Shown: piece by piece, positions 47,983 to 57,080 of the stretch
How positions within the stretch are numbered: position 1 is the first letter of the stretch
Layout: each line of letters opens with the position of its first letter
Assembly (NCBI GenBank): GCA_039630575.1
Contig: JBCNUW010000003.1
Span: forward strand, 1 to 64,000
Source: Candidatus Hydrothermales bacterium
GTDB lineage: Bacteria > Hydrothermota > Hydrothermia > Hydrothermales > JAJRUZ01
DNA: 64,000 nucleotides
Direction of reading: 5' to 3'
Position numbers and translations under genes: made by a program
The notes under the pieces: model-generated
Told to the model about the DNA's origin: nothing
The model's database searches: none
The model's input: only the letters and a program-made list of their open reading frames with translations

Positions 47983-48541
47983 AAGGTAAGAATGAATAAA
48001 GAGGTTTTATTTTCTCATACTCCACAGTTTCTATTACCTTGTCTCTTTTTTTCTCATAAAATTCATAAATAATGATGGGATCTAAAATTACTAAAGTATA
48101 ATCTAAATTTATTTGTGCGGGCTCAAATGTAAAAAGGGGAATAGACGGAGTAAGTTCTTTTACAACATAAATCTTATCTTCACCCTTTTTCCTAAAAAGA
48201 AAACCCTCACCTCCCTTTTTTAAAAAAATACCATAATCCGAATAATTATTAGAAATTTTATGTTCTATAATATCAAAAGTAACAAGAGGAACTATTTTTA
48301 TTTTTCTAGGTATAGCCAAACCGAGAGCAAAGGAAAGTCCAACTCTTAAAGAAGTGAATCTACCAGGCCCTATTGTTATAAGCATCAGTTCAACTTTATC
48401 AAGATTTATCTCATTTAAAATCTCAAAGAAAAAGGTTGAATGATTTCCCTCTTTTCCTGAATAGTAAATTTTAAAAAATTTTTTATCCTTGATTCCGATT
48501 GATGGAAACTTGGATGAACTCTCAATAATTATTTCTGACAT
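47936..48541 (-). CDS. tsaB: tRNA t6A biosynthesis protein TsaB (divergent)
   Basis: IESS, HS, GPGRFTSLRVG...A.GLA, C-terminal PLY; upstream of rimI. Confidence 0.8.
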   Translation of the reverse strand: MSEIIIESSSKFPSIGIKDKKFFKIYYSGKEGNHSTFFFEILNEINLDKVELMLITIGPGRFTSLRVGLSFALGLAIPRKIKIVPLVTFDIIEHKISNNYSDYGIFLKKGGEGFLFRKKGEDKIYVVKELTPSIPLFTFEPAQINLDYTLVILDPIIIYEFYEKKRDKVIETVEYEKIKPLYSFLPYEKSLVEKGKIKGYS

Positions 48542-50349
48542 AAAAGTACATGTAGACCATTTTGAGATGCAATAAATAAATAAGGTAACCTTATAAAACC
48601 AGATTCTATTCCTGAAAGGTAAAATATTTCTGTGTAAATATGGATTCCTTCTGTATTCGTGTAAACTAAGTTAGTTGAGTTAAAGTTAAAAAGCCCAAAT
48701 ATTTTTTTAAAATTTTTTATAATTTTAATATTTTCTGTGTGTGATAGGAAGTGATTAAGAAGGGGCTCTAAATTTGGATCACTGATATAGTATAAAAGTA
48801 AATAATAATTAGTGTTAATTAAAATGTATCTACCATGTATTTTTATGTTTGTTAAACCTGGAAAGGAAGTATTTTTTTTGAAAAGTGAGTAAGGATTTTC
48901 TGGTGAATTTAAAGAAAAAGCCTCAAGATAATAATCACCTATTAAATATAAATTATTGCATCCTATATCTCCATCTGAAACTTGAAAGCTTGTAGTTTTG
49001 CTGTTTATTACTGCGAAGGTATCAGAGATTATCTTTAAGATTTTAAAACCGTAAAGTGTTATAACATATATGTAACTTTCGTAAAACAAAACTTCTTTTA
49101 TTGAACCTGAACTTAAGGAAAATTCATCAAGAAAGAATATATTAAGATTTTCTTTCTTGTATAAACCTAATTTTCTCGGTCCAACATTTCCATATAGAAC
49201 AAAAATGTAAGGTTTTTTGTAATAAACTCTATATGAAAAATTAGGTAAGTCAAAACTTTTAAGAAAATTAAGATTACCTAAATTTTCAAGGTAAATTTCA
49301 AGCCTATTTGGAGCTTTAAGAGCAAAGATTGTATCATAAAATCCCTCTATATCTTTATACCAAAAACCTTCTATTGAATTTACTAAAGCTAATCTATTTT
49401 TCTTGACTGTAAATTTCCAAATGTTTCCAACTGCCGAATCTCCTTTTGTATCATAAACTGCCACTTGCCAAAAATACTTTAGACCTGGTGTAAGTGAATC
49501 AGTTATTCTATAAAAGGTATCTCTCGTTAAAATATTCAATAGAGGATTTATAAAAAATCTACTTGTATCAAATTTTATTCTGAAATATATTGAATCACCA
49601 TCAGGGTCAAATGAGTAATAGCTTAATCTTGGTGTATAATCAACATCAATACTTCCATCAGGAGGTAAAGGATCTGTGGGTGGTAAAGGTTTACGATTTA
49701 AGGGAGGTGTTAAAAAAAAGTAAACAGATGATGTATCTTTAAGTCCAAGAATATCGGAAACTACCACTTGCCAGTAATATCTTTTATTTGGATTTAAATT
49801 CTCAATTGTAAAAATTGTATCTCTATAATTTCTTACAATTGGTTCTTTGTAGATAGGATATGGGAATGTATCAATATGAACATTGTAAAGTAAAGTATCA
49901 AAAATGTCTTTGTCCTTTCCACTATATATAAGGTTTACTTTATAACTATTAAGTAGTGCTCCTGAGTCAGGTTTAATGAGTTTGATTTTTGGAGGATGGT
50001 TTGCCGAATAAATTATAAATTTAACATCTCTTGATCTTCCTACATTCCCTGCAAAATCAAGAGCCTTAGCATACACAACATGAATAGATGAATCCTTACT
50101 TGTGCTACCATCCCACAGGAAAACTCCATAACTACTTTCTTTTTTTCCAACAGAGGTTCCATCAACAAAAACTTCAATATAGTCTATACCTTCGTTATCC
50201 TCTGCTTTTACTTTTATTTCTATCGTATCTGGAAAGAAAGACTCATTTTCAACAGGTGATATTATCCATACTCTTGGAGGTTCCTCATCTTTTCTTTTAC
50301 AAAAAGTAAAAAAATAAATTAATATTAAAAGTATTAAAATTTTTCTCAT
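48529..50349 (-). CDS. Putative lipoprotein with Ig-like/FN3-like domains and a beta-propeller-like C-terminus
   Basis: FTFC lipobox-like site; PP.V.IISP...A.D..GI..., two YYWQV/YFWQV repeats, beta-rich C-terminal half. Confidence 0.65.
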   Translation of the reverse strand: MRKILILLILIYFFTFCKRKDEEPPRVWIISPVENESFFPDTIEIKVKAEDNEGIDYIEVFVDGTSVGKKESSYGVFLWDGSTSKDSSIHVVYAKALDFAGNVGRSRDVKFIIYSANHPPKIKLIKPDSGALLNSYKVNLIYSGKDKDIFDTLLYNVHIDTFPYPIYKEPIVRNYRDTIFTIENLNPNKRYYWQVVVSDILGLKDTSSVYFFLTPPLNRKPLPPTDPLPPDGSIDVDYTPRLSYYSFDPDGDSIYFRIKFDTSRFFINPLLNILTRDTFYRITDSLTPGLKYFWQVAVYDTKGDSAVGNIWKFTVKKNRLALVNSIEGFWYKDIEGFYDTIFALKAPNRLEIYLENLGNLNFLKSFDLPNFSYRVYYKKPYIFVLYGNVGPRKLGLYKKENLNIFFLDEFSLSSGSIKEVLFYESYIYVITLYGFKILKIISDTFAVINSKTTSFQVSDGDIGCNNLYLIGDYYLEAFSLNSPENPYSLFKKNTSFPGLTNIKIHGRYILINTNYYLLLYYISDPNLEPLLNHFLSHTENIKIIKNFKKIFGLFNFNSTNLVYTNTEGIHIYTEIFYLSGIESGFIRLPYLFIASQNGLHVLLCQK

Positions 50350-50353
50350 ATTT

Positions 50354-52006
50354 TTATTTTAAATCAGGGTAAAGTGATTTGTAAACCATGTAGTCAGATA
50401 GAACATTAAAAAGGTAATTTCTTGTTTCTTTATATGGTATGTTATAAAAAACGGAAATTTCGTCTTTAGGCAAAAATTCAATCCAACTTTTTACTACTTT
50501 ATTTCCAGCATTATAGGCACAGATGCCAAAATAAAGTCCAAGGGAATCAATTAGAGAACTTAGTATTTTCAAGCCAATTTCTATATTTTCCTCTAATTTA
50601 AATAAATTAAAATTTCCTTCTTTTACTTTTTTTGCAGTTTCTTCCATTATTTGCATTATACCTTTTGCACCTCTTGGGGAAACGGCAAGTGAGTCGAAAA
50701 GTGACTCTCTCCGTATCAAAGCGTATACAAGTGCAGGTTCTAAACTGTATTTTTCAGATAATTTTAGTATTAGATCTTTATAAGGAGTTGGAAATAGAAT
50801 TTTTAAAAAATCTCTATCAAAACATGTATCCCTCCTTTCTCTTAGAAAAAAGTAGTATTTTCTTGCAAGGTAAATGGAAAAATAAAAATTTTTTTTCTCA
50901 AAAAAAAACTTTGATAAGTATAGAATCTCATCCCTATTTTCAATACTTTTTATTCTTTCATTAATATCTTCAATTAAGTTTAACTCAAGAAAAAGTTTTA
51001 AAGTATCATATATTGGTTTTGGAATAGTGTCTTTAAAGATAGTTTTAACGCTACTGTCATAAGTTGTGCAAAGCAATTTATGTTTAAGATAGAAGAAGGA
51101 AAGGGGGTGCTCCTTTCTGATTTCTTCAAGAATTTCTTCCTCTTTTTTTAGAATATACTCAAGATATTTTGTTTTTAAATCTTTTTTTTCTATACTTTTT
51201 AAAAGTTTTATAACTTTATTATAATCTTTTTTGTCATAGTAAAAATAAATGATCTCATCATTAACAAATTTAAGCTTATTAAAGATTTTTTCAATTTTTT
51301 CTTTAAAGGTATTACTTTTAAGATAAATTAATCTTAGTTCTCTAAGAGAGGGCTCTAAAAATTGAGAGTTTAGATTTGTGTTTCTTAAAAAAGAGTTAAT
51401 TGCCTTTAAAGTATCACCGTTATTTAAAAAACTTATTCCTTTATAAAAGTTAACAAGATCCTCTTTTTTATATCCATTTAAAAGGGAATTTTTAAAAAAT
51501 TTTAAAGCTTTTTTATAGTTTTTAAGCTTATAGTAGGCGTATCCTATTAGATACATCAGTTCAGGATTTCTAATTTTTTTATTTTCAGTTTTTTTAATTA
51601 TCTCTTCCCATTTTTCATGGCTATATAGAACTTTTATCACATGGCTTATTGGTTTTTCTCTTTTTTGGGCTATCTCAAGTGCTTCAGGACTTTTACTATA
51701 AAGTTTTATTATTTTTTTCTCAATTTTGTCACTTTTTTTAATATCTCCTATTTTTTTGTAAAATTTTGATTTTAGATATAAAATTCTTATTTCTCTTTTA
51801 ATTGAGAATTTTTTATGTTTTTTTTCTAAAATACGGAAGAAAGAGTCGGGATCAGAAATTTCTTCAAGGTATCTTATAAAGGCTTCTTCAAATAGGGGGG
51901 AGTCTTTGTAGTTTTCAACTATTTTTAAATATTCTCCCTTAATGAATAATTCTTTATCAGGAAAGTATAAAAAAATTAAAGGAAATATAAGATCTTTCAG
52001 AAAAAT
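50354..52006 (-). CDS. Soluble lytic transglycosylase with TPR-like region; probable non-AUG start
   Basis: IRRES.F...AVS..GAKGIMQIM, AYNAG, IPYKETRNY; frame is open to 52015; GAGGAG lies 5 nt before ATT 52006 (alternative CTG 52000). Confidence 0.85.
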   Translation of the reverse strand: MFLKDLIFPLIFLYFPDKELFIKGEYLKIVENYKDSPLFEEAFIRYLEEISDPDSFFRILEKKHKKFSIKREIRILYLKSKFYKKIGDIKKSDKIEKKIIKLYSKSPEALEIAQKREKPISHVIKVLYSHEKWEEIIKKTENKKIRNPELMYLIGYAYYKLKNYKKALKFFKNSLLNGYKKEDLVNFYKGISFLNNGDTLKAINSFLRNTNLNSQFLEPSLRELRLIYLKSNTFKEKIEKIFNKLKFVNDEIIYFYYDKKDYNKVIKLLKSIEKKDLKTKYLEYILKKEEEILEEIRKEHPLSFFYLKHKLLCTTYDSSVKTIFKDTIPKPIYDTLKLFLELNLIEDINERIKSIENRDEILYLSKFFFEKKNFYFSIYLARKYYFFLRERRDTCFDRDFLKILFPTPYKDLILKLSEKYSLEPALVYALIRRESLFDSLAVSPRGAKGIMQIMEETAKKVKEGNFNLFKLEENIEIGLKILSSLIDSLGLYFGICAYNAGNKVVKSWIEFLPKDEISVFYNIPYKETRNYLFNVLSDYMVYKSLYPDLK

Positions 52007-52007
52007 A

Positions 52008-52958
52008 TTATCTCCTCAGTTTGTGAAGGAATTTTTCAGCTGAGATGTATCCTTTCTCTTTTGTCAAGTGATTAAGGGCTACTGCTTCTACAAGGACTGA
52101 AATGTGCTTACCAGGATTTAAGGGAAGTTCTACATAGGGTACTTTTATACCAAGAATATTTACCTTTTTTTCTTTTAAACCTATCCTTTCAACATTTAGG
52201 GTTTCACTCCAGTCTATTAGTTTTATTACGATGTCAACTTTAGTTCTATCAAGGCATGAGCTTGGTCCAAAAAGAGAAAGAATATCAAGAATTCCTATAC
52301 CTCTAATTTCTAAAAAAGTTCTAACATCTTCTTTGAAAGCTTCTCCAATTAGAAAATTTTCAGGGTGTCTTATTATCTTAATAAGGTCATCTCCTACAAG
52401 TTTATGGCCTCTTTCTACAAGTTCAAGTGAACATTCTGATTTTCCTATTCCGCTTCTACCTAAAAATAGTATTCCTAAATTGTATACACTTACTATATTT
52501 CCGTGCAGCACTGTGTAGGGAGACAAAAGGAGCGATAGAATAAAAAAAATTTCTCTCATAAAGTAAGTTGTTGGTTCAGGCACAGTAAAGAGCGGTACTT
52601 TATTTTCTTTTGCTTTTTGTAAGAGGTCAGAAGGAGGTTTAAAACCTTTTGTTACAAAAATTGCTGGTATAGGGTACGAAAAAAATTTTTCTATAGCATT
52701 TATTCTTTCTCTTTTATTTAAAGATTCAAGCAAAAGAATTTCAGTTTCTCCGATAATTTGGATTCTATCATATAGAAATATCTTTTCAAATCCTTTAAAA
52801 AGAAGAGCTGGTCTGTTTAGGTCAGCATTCTGAATTACTGTGTTAAGTTTAAGTTCTGGTATATGGTTTATTAATGTGAATCTTTTTTTTAAAATATCTA
52901 TAAAATCATTTAATTTGATTTCGTTAAAATATATTTTTAAATTTTCAAGTTCTTTCAC
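52008..52958 (-). CDS. hprK: HPr kinase/phosphorylase
   Basis: LNRP, RIQIIG.TE, HG, GRSGIGKSE..LELV.RGH.LV.DD, EIRGIGI.D. Confidence 0.95.
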   Translation of the reverse strand: MKELENLKIYFNEIKLNDFIDILKKRFTLINHIPELKLNTVIQNADLNRPALLFKGFEKIFLYDRIQIIGETEILLLESLNKRERINAIEKFFSYPIPAIFVTKGFKPPSDLLQKAKENKVPLFTVPEPTTYFMREIFFILSLLLSPYTVLHGNIVSVYNLGILFLGRSGIGKSECSLELVERGHKLVGDDLIKIIRHPENFLIGEAFKEDVRTFLEIRGIGILDILSLFGPSSCLDRTKVDIVIKLIDWSETLNVERIGLKEKKVNILGIKVPYVELPLNPGKHISVLVEAVALNHLTKEKGYISAEKFLHKLRR

Positions 52959-53248
52959 ATCCCTTTTAATTTCTGTTCGTATTTTTTAAGTTGAGAAGTA
53001 ATCTTATCTTTGAGGTCATCAACAACTGAAAAAAAGTCTGAATTTTGAGCTTTTGCTTTCAAAATACCTTTTTTTGTTACTTCAACAATTATTTCGCCTT
53101 GAAATCTTCCTCTTTGTTCTTCAAAAATTAAGTTTGATTTAATTATGTGATTTGAAAATCTATCAATTTTTGATAGCCTTTTTTCAATATACCTTCTCAT
53201 ATCATCAGTCAATTCAAAATTTTTTGACGTAACATTTAAATTTTTCAT
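52955..53248 (-). CDS. hpf: Ribosome hibernation factor (short HPF/RaiA type)
   Basis: N..LTD....YIEKRL.KI, A...DF...D....K...QLKKY..K; upstream of hprK. Confidence 0.88.
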   Translation of the reverse strand: MKNLNVTSKNFELTDDMRRYIEKRLSKIDRFSNHIIKSNLIFEEQRGRFQGEIIVEVTKKGILKAKAQNSDFFSVVDDLKDKITSQLKKYEQKLKGM

Positions 53249-53307
53249 TGAAGTATTATAATATATTTGGGATAGAACCTTTATATATTTTATTATAATT
53301 TAAAGTT

Positions 53308-54024
53308 TCAATCAATAAAGTAGGCTTTAGCCTCTTTGTCTTCAAGTTTTTGAAATTCCTCTATAGTGCCAATGAATCTTACTTTTTTGTTATAAAGCCA
53401 GATAATTTTAGTAGCAACAGCTCTTGAAAAAATAAAGTCGTGGGTTACTGCTAAAGAAGTTATTTTCCTTTGTTCCCATAATTTTTTTATTAACTTCGTT
53501 ATTCTATCAGCTGTTTCTGGATCTAGCCCAGTTGTAGGTTCATCGTAAAAGATGTAATCGGGATCATGAACTATTGCCCTTGCAATAGCTCCTCTTTTTT
53601 TCATACCACCTGAAAGTTCGGAAGGGTAAAGGTTTTCAAAACCTCTTAAATCAACTGATTCAAGTGCTCTTAAAACTTTATATTCAATTTCTTTTTTAGT
53701 TAACCTAAAGTGCTCCCTTAAGGGTAATGCTACATTTTCAAACAGTGTCATCGAATCAAAGAGTGCACTGCCTTGAAAAACAAATCCTATTTTCTTTCTT
53801 AATTCAATGAGAGCTTTTTCGTTCAAGTTGGTAATTTCTAAACCATTATAAAATACAGAGCCCCTTTCAGGTTTTAAAAGTCCGACCATTATTTTGAATA
53901 GAACAGATTTGCCTACTCCACTTTTGCCTAATATTATAACAAACTCATTATCAGAGACCTCAAAGTTTATGTCTTCAAGAACCCAGTCAGAAAATTTTTT
54001 GTAGACCTTTACTACTTTTATCAT
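53308..54024 (-). CDS. mlaF: MlaF/Mkl-type ABC ATPase
   Basis: GKSGVGKSV, FQGSALFDSM, PSELSGGMKKR, YDEPTTGLDP, VTHD. Confidence 0.88.
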   Translation of the reverse strand: MIKVVKVYKKFSDWVLEDINFEVSDNEFVIILGKSGVGKSVLFKIMVGLLKPERGSVFYNGLEITNLNEKALIELRKKIGFVFQGSALFDSMTLFENVALPLREHFRLTKKEIEYKVLRALESVDLRGFENLYPSELSGGMKKRGAIARAIVHDPDYIFYDEPTTGLDPETADRITKLIKKLWEQRKITSLAVTHDFIFSRAVATKIIWLYNKKVRFIGTIEEFQKLEDKEAKAYFID

Positions 54025-54824
54025 CCAAAAATTAAAACGCCAAGGATATAGTCAAGAACAAGAATCATTATAGAAGATAGTACGACTGCCTTAGTTGTAG
54101 CCTTACCAACTCCTTCAGCTCCTCTTTCAGATGAAAGTCCTGAAATTGCTCCAGAGAGGGTAAGGGCATAACCAAAGAATGTTGATTTTAAAAGTCCGCC
54201 AAAGAGATCTTTTGGTAGAAAAAACATTTTAGCACCTGTTGAAAATTCAAAATAATTTGCTACTCCAGAAAAATTTGCTATAAACATTCCTGAAAATATT
54301 GCAACTGCTACAGAAACAGTGGTAAGAAGTGGTAAAACGATAACACCAGCTAGCATTCTCGGCATTATAAGAAATCTGTATGGGTTAATTCCCATAACAT
54401 TAAGTGCATCAATTTGCTCTGTAACAACCATAGTTCCAAGTTCAGCAGCAATACCAGAACTTATTCTTCCAGCGACTACAAGTCCAGTTATTACAGGTCC
54501 AAGCTCAATCATTACTGCTTTTGCAACTCCTGAGCCTATATAAATAACAGGTACATAATCTCTCACCTGGTAAGCAGTTTGGATTGTTGCAACCATACCT
54601 ACAAAGCAGGAGGTAAAAATCACAAGTAAAAGTGAATTGTATCCTATCTCGTAAATTTCATAGACAATTTCTCTAAAATACTTTTTAACAAACCTTAAAG
54701 AAGTAAAAAAGTTTATTGTGGTATATGAAATTTCACTTAATAATTCTAAAAAAGATAAAAAAAAGCCTTTAAAAGGGAATACCACTTTCCTCCACAGGAT
54801 AATATTCTCTACTTGGATTTTCAA
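54021..54824 (-). CDS. mlaE: MlaE-family ABC permease (start uncertain, overlaps dnaB)
   Basis: ELGPV..L.VAGR..S.IAAELGTM.VTEQIDAL..MG.NP, GAEGVGKATT.AVV. Confidence 0.9.
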   Translation of the reverse strand: MKIQVENIILWRKVVFPFKGFFLSFLELLSEISYTTINFFTSLRFVKKYFREIVYEIYEIGYNSLLLVIFTSCFVGMVATIQTAYQVRDYVPVIYIGSGVAKAVMIELGPVITGLVVAGRISSGIAAELGTMVVTEQIDALNVMGINPYRFLIMPRMLAGVIVLPLLTTVSVAVAIFSGMFIANFSGVANYFEFSTGAKMFFLPKDLFGGLLKSTFFGYALTLSGAISGLSSERGAEGVGKATTKAVVLSSIMILVLDYILGVLIFG

Positions 54825-56160
54825 ATTTCATGAATTCTTTTCGGAATATGAGGGCAAACTTTCCCTGAGGACCATTTCTATTCTTTGCAACGTAAAATCT
54901 TATAAAATTTTCAGCATACGGTTCGGTTGGTTCAAAAATTTCGTATTCATCTTGTTTTTTATAGAGAAAGAGAACAATATCAGCATCTTGTTCAAGTGCT
55001 CCTGATTCTCTTAAATCTGATAGTTTAGGGGCTGCATCTTCTTCTTTTCTTTCCTCAGCTTTTCTTGATAACTGGGAGAGTGCTACAACTGGGACGTTTA
55101 ATTCCCTTGCTAATTTCTTAAGAGAATCTGTAATGTAAGCAAGCTCCCTCGGTCTGTTTTCAAATCTTTGTTTTGATTCAGATGAAGGACCCTGAATAAG
55201 TTGTATATAATCAATAAATATAATTTTTACTTTGTGCTCAAGAACTGCCCTCCTTGCTTTGGCTCTAAGCTCCTGTATTGATATCGATGGAGTATCGTCA
55301 ATGAAAATTGGTAAATTTTCTATTCTGTTTGCCGCTTCAAGAAGTCTTCTAGTCTCACTTTCACTTAGAGAACTTAAATTTCTAAATTTGATGCTATCAA
55401 TTTCAGATTCCAGAATTAAAAAACGCATTGCTATATGAATTTTTGACATTTCTATACTAAATAGAGCAGATGGGATGTTATAAAATTTTGCTAATCTATA
55501 TATCAAATTGAGAATAAAGCTTGTTTTACCTACTGAGGGTCTTGAAGCCACAACTACAAATTCACCTGGATGAAATCCTCCGGTAAGCTCATCGAATTTT
55601 GTGTAGCCTGTAAATATGCCGTGAACACCTTCTCCTTCTTTACCTTTTATTTCACTTATGTAAAGTTTAAGTACTTCACCTATTGGTAAAAGACCTTCTC
55701 TTATTTTTATTTGAGCTATTTCAAAAATTTTTTTATCTAAATCATAGAGTATTTCCTCAGCTTCTTCCTCACCACTTTCACATTTTCTTATCGTATCATA
55801 ACAAAGTTCTATTGTTTTTCTTAAAATGTACTTTTCCGTAAGTGATTTAATATAATCATCAATATAGGATGGATTTATAGCATACTCTTCTAACTCCACA
55901 AGATATTCAATCCCCCCTATTTTGTTTAAGATATTCTCTTTTTCAAGTACTTCCGCTACATTTATGGGATCTAACTTTTTTCGTTTATCCATTGTTTTAA
56001 TCATTGCTCTGTAAATATCTCTATGAGAGGGTTCATAAAACATCTCCTCTTTGAGTTGTTCGAAAGCTTTAGTGGCAGCATTTTCTAAAACAAACATTGA
56101 TCCCAAAATAGTTCTTTCAATTTCTATGTCAAAGGGAATTTTAAATTTTTCTTCTTTCAT
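54769..56160 (-). CDS. dnaB: Replicative DNA helicase
   Basis: SRPSVGKT, FSIEM, IDYIQL, LSQLSR, DLRESGALEQDAD, KNRNGP. Confidence 0.97.
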   Translation of the reverse strand: MKEEKFKIPFDIEIERTILGSMFVLENAATKAFEQLKEEMFYEPSHRDIYRAMIKTMDKRKKLDPINVAEVLEKENILNKIGGIEYLVELEEYAINPSYIDDYIKSLTEKYILRKTIELCYDTIRKCESGEEEAEEILYDLDKKIFEIAQIKIREGLLPIGEVLKLYISEIKGKEGEGVHGIFTGYTKFDELTGGFHPGEFVVVASRPSVGKTSFILNLIYRLAKFYNIPSALFSIEMSKIHIAMRFLILESEIDSIKFRNLSSLSESETRRLLEAANRIENLPIFIDDTPSISIQELRAKARRAVLEHKVKIIFIDYIQLIQGPSSESKQRFENRPRELAYITDSLKKLARELNVPVVALSQLSRKAEERKEEDAAPKLSDLRESGALEQDADIVLFLYKKQDEYEIFEPTEPYAENFIRFYVAKNRNGPQGKFALIFRKEFMKFENPSREYYPVEESGIPF

Positions 56161-57073
56161 AAAAAAATTTTACAGTTTCTTTTAAGCCCTCTTCAAGATC
56201 CCATTCAGGTTTAAAATTTAACTCTCTTTGAGCTTTTTTAATATCAAGAGCAATCCTTGTAATCTCACCCTCCCTTTTTGATAAGTAAATTGGTCTTTTT
56301 TTATAACCTGTTATCTTCTTTAATTTTTCAAAAATTTCATTTATACTAGTTTCTTTACCTGTTCCTATGTTAAATATTCCTGATTTACCTTTCAATATAT
56401 ATTCTGTTGCAAGAATGTTTGCTTTTGCTATATCTTCTATGTATATAAAGTCTCTTGTTTGCTTTCCGTCACCGTATATGTAGACTTCTTCATTTTTGAG
56501 CATTCTTTCACAAAATATTGAGATAACCCCGCTTTCACTGTGTGGATCTTGTCTTGGTCCAAAAACATTTCCGTATCTCAAAGAAGTAAAAGGCAATTTT
56601 TTTGAATAATATAAACCATACATTTCACAAGTTTTTTTAGAGATTCCATAGGGACTTATAGGGAAAGACTCATAATTCTCTTTTACAGGGATTTTTTTAG
56701 GTTCACCGTAAACTGTACCCCCAGAACTGGCATATATAAATCCCTTTAAATTGAATTGAGTAGAGGTTTCAAGTAAAGAAATTGTCCCCTTTATATTGAT
56801 TTCCATATCAAAGATCGGATTTTTAACTGATTCAATTACAGAGGACTGAGCAGCATGGTGGTTTACTATATCTGGTTTAAACTTTTTAAACAATCTTTTT
56901 ACTTTATCTTCCTCTGTTATTGAAAATTTTTCAAATTCTGCTTCTTTAGGTATATTCTCTTCTTTACCTGTCAATAAGTTATCTATGATGAGGACTTTAA
57001 ATCCCATCTTTATGTATAAATCAGAAATATGGGATCCAATAAAACCGGCTCCCCCTGTTAAGATCACACGCAT
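56141..57073 (-). CDS. NAD-dependent epimerase (UDP-glucose 4-epimerase-like)
   Basis: TGGAGFIGSH, HHAAQ, SSGG..YG, PYGISK, RY.NV.GPRQ, GDG.QTRDF. Confidence 0.9.
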   Translation of the reverse strand: MRVILTGGAGFIGSHISDLYIKMGFKVLIIDNLLTGKEENIPKEAEFEKFSITEEDKVKRLFKKFKPDIVNHHAAQSSVIESVKNPIFDMEINIKGTISLLETSTQFNLKGFIYASSGGTVYGEPKKIPVKENYESFPISPYGISKKTCEMYGLYYSKKLPFTSLRYGNVFGPRQDPHSESGVISIFCERMLKNEEVYIYGDGKQTRDFIYIEDIAKANILATEYILKGKSGIFNIGTGKETSINEIFEKLKKITGYKKRPIYLSKREGEITRIALDIKKAQRELNFKPEWDLEEGLKETVKFFYERRKI

Positions 57074-57080
57074 CTTCTAT

